A stretch of DNA of 64,000 bases, taken from the IMG/VR virus record IMGVR_UViG_3300047576_000104, positions 36,989 to 100,988 of that record. One strand, given 5' to 3'. Below the pieces are notes generated by a model. It was not told the origin of the DNA. It did not search any database and saw only the letters and a list, made by a program, of their open reading frames with translations. Numbering within the stretch: position 1 is the stretch's first letter; each line of letters opens with the position of its first letter. Both the position numbers and the translations under genes were made by a program. Shown here in pieces: positions 58,600-64,000 of the stretch. Origin of the DNA: a virus (taxonomy: Duplodnaviria; Caudoviricetes).

Positions 58600-59084
58600 G
58601 ATTCAAGATCACTCGCGGCCCTACGATCACCAAGGCCGTCATCCTCACGGTCGTGTTCGGGGTCATTTTCCTGGCATCGGCCAGCAACCTGCCCTCGTGC
58701 AGCGATCCTAATTTTCAGGCCAATGCCCTGACTAGCGGGTTGCTCGGAGGCAACGGCGGCGGTCAGTGCATCGAGAGGCAGAGCTACCTTCACACGTGGT
58801 CCGGCTGGCTGGCGGTGCTCTTCCTGATTACTGCCGTGGCTCTCTGGGTCATCAGGTACGGGGCCAGCGCCTTGAAGTCAGTCAGGGCATACGGGCAGGA
58901 GCCGGCGAAGACGTCCGGCGGGGATCCTTCAGCGGTTTCTTCCTGGTCCTCGCCTTCTCCGCCTTCTCCGGCATCCCAGGCTGTCCCTTCTTGGCCGCCG
59001 GCTGCTGAGACCATGCCGGAGATGGGGAGGATTCAGCCGTGGCAGCCTCCGGAGGATGTTCCCACTCGCCCTGACACGCTTTAA
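58596..59084 (+). CDS. 2-TM membrane protein with Pro-rich tail
   Basis: Two TM helices around a Cys pair. Confidence 0.6.
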   Translation: MRFKITRGPTITKAVILTVVFGVIFLASASNLPSCSDPNFQANALTSGLLGGNGGGQCIERQSYLHTWSGWLAVLFLITAVALWVIRYGASALKSVRAYGQEPAKTSGGDPSAVSSWSSPSPPSPASQAVPSWPPAAETMPEMGRIQPWQPPEDVPTRPDTL

Positions 59085-59098
59085 CTGAAGGAGCAGAA

Positions 59099-59272
59099 AT
59101 GGTTGTCGCCATCATTCTCGTGGTGATCGTGGTCCTTGCGCCCATCGCGTTCTACCGGAAGTTCATCAGCAGGAAGACCCGAGGTCCGGTGTGCCCGGCC
59201 TGTCATGGATTCGGGCAGTTCTCGGGCGGCCGTCCATGCAACGTCTGCGGGGGCGGGCAAGTTCAGCGGTAA
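59099..59272 (+). CDS. Small membrane protein with DnaJ-type Zn motif
   Basis: AAGGAG RBS; TM, then CPACHGFG...CNVCGGG. Confidence 0.55.
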   Translation: MVVAIILVVIVVLAPIAFYRKFISRKTRGPVCPACHGFGQFSGGRPCNVCGGGQVQR

Positions 59273-59353
59273 GGGCATCATGCAGGGGGGCCGGAATCTC
59301 TTCCGGCCCCCCGGAACCAGGCAAGCAATCATTCTCAAGAGAAGAGCAAGGCC

Positions 59354-60031
59354 GTGAAGAGATACATTCCTGTACTGCTCGGCATTCCGTTCGTCGGCCT
59401 TATCCTGGCGAGCATCCTCGTGATGAACAACGCTCCTGGCACGGACAAGAGCGGAGCCGTCATTCTGGCGTGGTACAACACCCACCAGCATGTCACTGAC
59501 GTCAGCGCCCTGCTCGGAACCATCGGTATCGTCTTCGGCATCGCGTTTTTCGCGCTCGTCGTGAACCGCATGCGCGAGCTGTCTCCGGGACTAGCGATCG
59601 CGGCGTTCGGCGGGGCTCTTGTCTTCGCTGTCGGCGGGGCTCTCTCGTACGGTGTGGACTTCGCGTACACCGACACCCCGGCGCACGGGGGCATCGCCTC
59701 GATCATGGCTCCGGCTACCGCGCAGATGCTCAACTACGTGAACAGCGACCTGTCGTACCCGTTCACCTGCACCGGGCTCGGCGTGTTCCTCCTGGCGGCC
59801 GGCATCTGGTTGTGGATGTCTGGGACAGGCCCGCTCGCCTACATCTGGGCCATCCTCACCATCATCGTCGGCCTTGCCGCTGTCTCTGTCTTCCTGGGCT
59901 TCATCGCGTTCATCGGGATCGGCGTCTGGGTCCTGGTTATGGCTATCGCGATGACTATCAGGCCGGGCAAGGAGGATAAGCCGCCGGTAACCGTGAAGGA
60001 TCCGGTGACTGATTCGTGGAGTGCGCTCTGA
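59354..60031 (+). CDS. Multi-TM membrane protein (DUF4386-like)
   Basis: ~6 hydrophobic helices. Confidence 0.65.
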   Translation: MKRYIPVLLGIPFVGLILASILVMNNAPGTDKSGAVILAWYNTHQHVTDVSALLGTIGIVFGIAFFALVVNRMRELSPGLAIAAFGGALVFAVGGALSYGVDFAYTDTPAHGGIASIMAPATAQMLNYVNSDLSYPFTCTGLGVFLLAAGIWLWMSGTGPLAYIWAILTIIVGLAAVSVFLGFIAFIGIGVWVLVMAIAMTIRPGKEDKPPVTVKDPVTDSWSAL

Positions 60032-60093
60032 TCCCACCAGGCTTCCCCTGCTGTAGCCTGTAACTGACTGTTAACCTAGAACATCGGAGCATC

Positions 60094-60330
60094 ATGTCCA
60101 TCGAATCAGACGTAGAGAAGTTCCTTCAGCCCATCGAGGGCGCAGTCACTGCCGCTATCGCAGACCTCAATACCAAGGCCGAAGCCGAGAAGACCGCCAT
60201 CGCGTCGGACGTGAAGGCCGTGGCCGCTGATGCGGTCGCCGCCGTGAAGGGCAGCGCCCCGGAGGTTGAGGCTGCGGCAAAGGCTGTCTTCGATGCCGTG
60301 ATCGCCTCGCTCAAGGCTCACGGCCTCTAG
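60094..60330 (+). CDS. Ala-rich helical small protein
   Basis: GGAG RBS; biased codons. Confidence 0.6.
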   Translation: MSIESDVEKFLQPIEGAVTAAIADLNTKAEAEKTAIASDVKAVAADAVAAVKGSAPEVEAAAKAVFDAVIASLKAHGL

Positions 60331-60346
60331 CGCGGACGGCTTTAGC

Positions 60347-60380
60347 GGAGGCCGGCTGGGAGAGATCCTGGCCGGCCTTC
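60347..60380 (+). terminator. Hairpin terminator
   Basis: GGAGGCCGGCTGGG...CCTGGCCGGCCTTC. Confidence 0.55.
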
Positions 60381-60399
60381 TGTGTTATATCCTGTAGGT

Positions 60400-61026
60400 A
60401 TGAGAAAGATTGTCGTTGCGGCTGTCATCGCTGGGGCAGCAGTAGTTACGGCTTGCAGCAGCACTTCGAGTACCACCAGTCTTGCCCCTAGTCTGACACC
60501 CAGCTCTTCGTCATCGTCTGCTACCCCGGCACCGACTACCCCGGCACCGACCACCCCGGCACCGACCACCCCGGCACCGACCACCCCGGCACCGACCACC
60601 GCTCCTGCTGTTCCGGAGTGCACTACGGCAGATCTGTCAGCGAGTATCAGCTTCAGGGATGGCTCGGCAGGCAGCGTCTACTACAACCTGACGCTCACGA
60701 ACGTCAGCAATGGCTCCTGCGAGACGGCCGGGTATCCCGGGGTGATCGCGGCTAGCAGTATCGGTGCTCTCGGTGCGTCGGCTGTGCGCGAGCCTATGCT
60801 CTACGACCGGATTACGCTCGCACGTGGCGGCGCGGCGGTCGCGCAGCTCCGGTATGAGGAGGCTGCGACTACTACCCCTGGCTGTGACATGACGATGGCC
60901 ACGGTGCTGCGGATCATCCCGCCTAACCAGTACAGCTCGCTTACTGTTCCGTTCGCGAACCAGGTATGCGCGGGTGTCTCTGTTGCTATCTTCCAGGTCT
61001 GGCCTGTTACGCCTCGCAGGCTGTAG
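60400..61026 (+). CDS. DUF4232-domain lipoprotein
   Basis: VTAC lipobox; CTTADL...AGSVYYNLTLTN...CETAGYPGV...LRIIPP. Confidence 0.8.
   Translation: MRKIVVAAVIAGAAVVTACSSTSSTTSLAPSLTPSSSSSSATPAPTTPAPTTPAPTTPAPTTPAPTTAPAVPECTTADLSASISFRDGSAGSVYYNLTLTNVSNGSCETAGYPGVIAASSIGALGASAVREPMLYDRITLARGGAAVAQLRYEEAATTTPGCDMTMATVLRIIPPNQYSSLTVPFANQVCAGVSVAIFQVWPVTPRRL
60523..60600 (+). repeat. Tandem repeat, 5 x 15 bp (TPAPT)
   Basis: ACCCCGGCACCGAC(C/T) x5. Confidence 0.9.
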
Positions 61027-61619
61027 ATGCTGTTCTCAGAATCACCTATCCCGCTCCGCATCGCCGAGCCGACCGGCCTGCTACCGCCGGTCATTGCGCC
61101 GCTACCACTCCAGCGTGGCGCCCTTGACGGACTGCCCGTCCGGCGGCTACCACAACGCCAGCACCGACATCGGGGACGTGGGCGAGGCCTGAACGGGCGG
61201 AAGCGTCCGGGCGACAACTGGCCACACGACGACCACCGCTGGCCGGAGGCGTGCGCCTGCGGCTACGAGTTCACCCCGGATGACCGGTGGCAGCGGAACG
61301 ACAGCGGAATCTACCGGCTGCCCGACGGCGCCGAGTTCACCTTCCGGGGCTCGTTCGGGAAGGGCTGCGCCCCGCCGGGGCGATGATCCGCGCCGCCTGG
61401 TACGACGAGTACGCCGGCCAGCCCGGCGAGTCGTGGATCATCGCACTCCCCGACGGCGGCGAGTGGATCACCACGCAGAAAGCCAAGGGCGGCGGCTTCT
61501 GGACGGTCGCCGGCACGCCGCCGGACATCACCGCGAACCCGTCGATCTGGCACAACGCGCCGTCCGGCTGGCACGGCTGGGTCCGAGACGGCAGCCTCGT
61601 GGAGCTGGTGGGCGCATGA
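61027..61619 (+). CDS. DUF6527-like protein (frameshifted)
   Basis: WPEACACGY...GAMIRA...WTVAGTPPDITANPSIW...WHGWVRDG. Confidence 0.55.
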
Positions 61620-62047
61620 GACAGGAAGCACCCGACCCGGAGCCGCTGGCGTACCTAGTCGAGCGGCTGGGATACCGGCCCGGATGGACATTCGAACTGG
61701 CCGACATCGACCGGGGGCAGGGCAGTGCGGGCCTGACGCTGATCATCACCACGCGCGGCTACGACAGCTACCACCCGGCGCGGCGAGAACTACCGCGTCA
61801 ACCACTACATGCCCGTTCCCGCCCGCCGCATTCGACGTCCGGTCATGGCAGCGGTGGCTATTCGATCAGCTTCTGCTCGTCGAGCGGCACGAGGCGATGG
61901 AGTTCTTCGCCATCCATGACTCTCCGGGCAGCGAGCACGCCGTCAGGCCCTACGCGCCGAGCCACGGCTTCTGGCCAGGATCCTTACATCGTGCGCGAGA
62001 TCGGCACTCGCGGAGGATCAGCGGACGTCGTTTCGGAACGAGCGTAA
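61616..62047 (+). CDS. Hypothetical protein (frameshifted)
   Basis: YRPGWTF...WQRWLFDQLLLVERHEAMEFF...PYAP across frames. Confidence 0.5.
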   Translation: MRQEAPDPEPLAYLVERLGYRPGWTFELADIDRGQGSAGLTLIITTRGYDSYHPARRELPRQPLHARSRPPHSTSGHGSGGYSISFCSSSGTRRWSSSPSMTLRAASTPSGPTRRATASGQDPYIVREIGTRGGSADVVSERA

Positions 62048-62317
62048 TCCTGCCTGACCGACCACCTAAGGAGCTCTCATGTATCCCAGGAATCGCCGGC
62101 CGTCGCCGCCGTCCTCGCCTTCGCCGTAGCTCTCTGATCCTCGACCTCGCCGACATCGACCAAGGGCCGCGTCAACGACACCGCGTTCCTCATCGTCGGG
62201 CTGCTGTGCCTCGCCATCGCGCTGGTGACCGGCTGGGGGAGATCCTGGCTGGCCTTCAGTGTTCTCAGTACAAGTCCGTTGTTTGGTAGATTCTATATTT
62301 AATGCTATCATTAACGT

Positions 62318-62996
62318 ATGACAGAGATGAGAGCATTCGGTATGGCAGGGCAGCGCTTCGGACGCCTTGTGGTAGTCCGCGAGGGTCCGGGTAAGCCAAT
62401 CAAGAACAAGACCTACCGTCGCCGGACGATGATCTGCCCGCTGTGACTGCGGCTCTCCGGACAAAGAAATACTGCTGGAGCTGCTCACCGCTGGGGGGAC
62501 TAAGCGGGGGCGCGGTACGAGGTCATGTGGGTGCCTTCGTAGGGAGGTTGTCTCCTGGCAGAACTCGCAGATCAAGAAGACGCACGGGATGCGCAAGCAT
62601 GAGCTGTACGCCACGTGGACAGGAGAGCGTGCTAGGTGCGGCACTCCTACTAACCCTCAGTACAAGGGGTATGGAGGGCGTGGGATCACGTTCTATGAGC
62701 CGTGGCAGGACTTCGCCGTGTTCGTGCATGATGTGGAGGCAGAGATCGGTCCACGCCCGGAGGGCAGGCACCCGAACGGTAAGCCGAAGTACTCGCTGGA
62801 CCGTAAGAACAATGACGGGAACTACGAGCCAGGCAACATCCGGTGGGTGACAGACCATGAGTCAATGTTGAACCGCCGGTCAGTTCACGTGCTGACAGCC
62901 AGGATCATGGAGCTAGAAGAGGAAAACCGCAGGTTGCTGGCGGAGTTGGGTGCTATGACGGCGGAACTGGATGTGGAGCGTGAGCGCTACCGATAG
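62318..62996 (+). CDS. HNH homing endonuclease (frameshifted)
   Basis: GQRFGRLVV...CDCG...SCGC; YGGRGITF...SLDRKNNDGNYEPGNIRW. Confidence 0.8.
62990..62996 (+). promoter_or_regulatory. Late-promoter motif CCGATAG
   Basis: Upstream of putative major tail gene. Confidence 0.55.
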
Positions 62997-63064
62997 ATAG
63001 TAGCGACAAGAAGAGGCCACGGAGCCTGTACTTCTGTAGCAAGAAGGGACAAGTGGTTTCCCTC

Positions 63065-63716
63065 ATGTCGACTACGCCGACCTTCGAGGGCTTTTTAGCC
63101 TCAGTCACGCAGCCGTGCTTGGACGCGTCTAAGTACGACCGTCTCTGGCGCACTGGCACTGGTGCCGAGTCCCAGACCTCTCTACGGCGTGCCGCAACGG
63201 CACTCTGGCCACCGACTCGCGGCACGTTCGAGAACACGGGCGACGACTTCGTCCTCTGAGTGAGTGGTTCTGGTTCAACTTCGCGAACCTGACCATTGAG
63301 TCCGGCTTCGTCACCTTCTCCACGCTCGCCCAGGTCACCGGCCAGACCGTGATCAGCTCGTCCGGCACCAGCCCGAACGACTACTACGGCCTGCCCCTGT
63401 GGGTGTACAGTCGTCCCTCAACCAGATCACCCGCCCGGTGGCGCTGCGCGTCCCGGCCCGTGACTCCGCAGGGCGCGGTGCAGGACGCATGGACTTCATC
63501 CTCTACCGCGTGCAGTTCATGCCCTTCAACTTCACCGGTCCAAGTCCTACAAGAACGGCCTCACCGTCTCGCCTCGCAGGACGCGCGCTGATGTCGCTTT
63601 ACGATGAGCGCGGGAATGCTCTTCCTTCTAGCTATCCCCGCTCCCTCGGGCGTATCGTGAACTCCCCTGGTGCGCTCAGCGGTGCCTTCGTAAGCGAGCC
63701 TTTCCAGGGAATATAG
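63065..63716 (+). CDS. Putative major tail protein (multiple frameshifts)
   Basis: Reconstructed FEGFSLSHAAVL...LYGVRNG...FENTGDDFVL...WFWFNFANLTIESGF...DFILYRVQFMPF; biased codons. Confidence 0.55.
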
Positions 63717-63746
63717 TATTTGTAGCGGTCCAAGGCTTGTGGTAGA

Positions 63747-64000
63747 GTGGAGACACTTCATCACAAGCCTTGGAGGCTGTCGTGCGTACTATCCCTCTCG
63801 TCAACACTGATCTTGTTGCTCGTGTGTCTGACTGGAAATACACGCTGGTCATGGAACACGGTCCTTGGTACCGGCATCTCTCCAAGAGCAAGTACTCCGA
63901 GCGCATGTATGCTGCCCGGCACTGGACAGATGCCAGCGGTGGGCACACTCAGCTCATGCACAACCTGGTGACAGGACAGCTTCGTAGTACTCTGCGTTGA
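63747..64000 (+). CDS. Probable HNH(-AP2) endonuclease, truncated by window
   Basis: IPL...ARVSDWKYTLV...YAAR...QLMHNLVTG resembles N-terminus of 51140 ORF. Confidence 0.5.

Noticed and set aside
60523-60600. Tandem repeat as CRISPR or origin iterons
   Set aside because: No spacers; it encodes the in-frame TPAPT linker of a lipoprotein.
7240-63560. More than 20 frameshifts (Rad50-N, Cas4-like, radical SAM, GTs, terL, MTase, tail gene) read as pseudogenes or programmed frameshifts
   Set aside because: They hit essential genes indiscriminately, are 1-4 nt indels without accompanying in-frame decay, and cluster at the window end. This is best explained by sequencing/consensus error; a decayed prophage cannot be fully excluded without reads.

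Overview
A 64-kb segment of a large, GC-rich tailed phage (or prophage) with an actinobacterial-type host. Essentially every gene is on the + strand. Layout: (1) ~1-20 kb recombination/replication module (gp32-like SSB, RecA, DUF932, an Mre11/Rad50 (SbcCD) complex whose Rad50 appears to be split over three genes, Cas4-like nuclease, beta clamp, cold-shock domain, a ~950-aa radical SAM protein, DnaX-like clamp loader), with an endolysin embedded in it; (2) ~21-25 kb glycosyltransferases plus a polysaccharide pyruvyltransferase; (3) ~25-48 kb head and neck module (intein-containing terminase, portal, MuF-like protein, Mu-I-type protease/scaffold, decoration protein, major capsid protein, head-tail proteins), including a DNA methyltransferase split in two by an antisense endonuclease; (4) ~48-54 kb a second intein-containing glycosyltransferase and small genes; (5) ~54.5-62 kb an island of secreted, lipo- and membrane proteins behind TTGACA promoters; (6) the start of the tail module. 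About 10 free-standing HNH/EndoVII/DUF559 endonucleases and 3 inteins are present. A recurring (C/T)CGATAG motif 7-8 nt before start codons looks like a phage late promoter driving leaderless mRNAs. More than 20 small indels break essential genes, which most likely reflects an error-prone (long-read) consensus, so several CDS below are reconstructed across frames. The best candidate for an undescribed system is the split methyltransferase: both halves carry extra short peptide tags at the break that could re-join them without an intron or intein. All family assignments are from motif recognition by eye; no searches were run.
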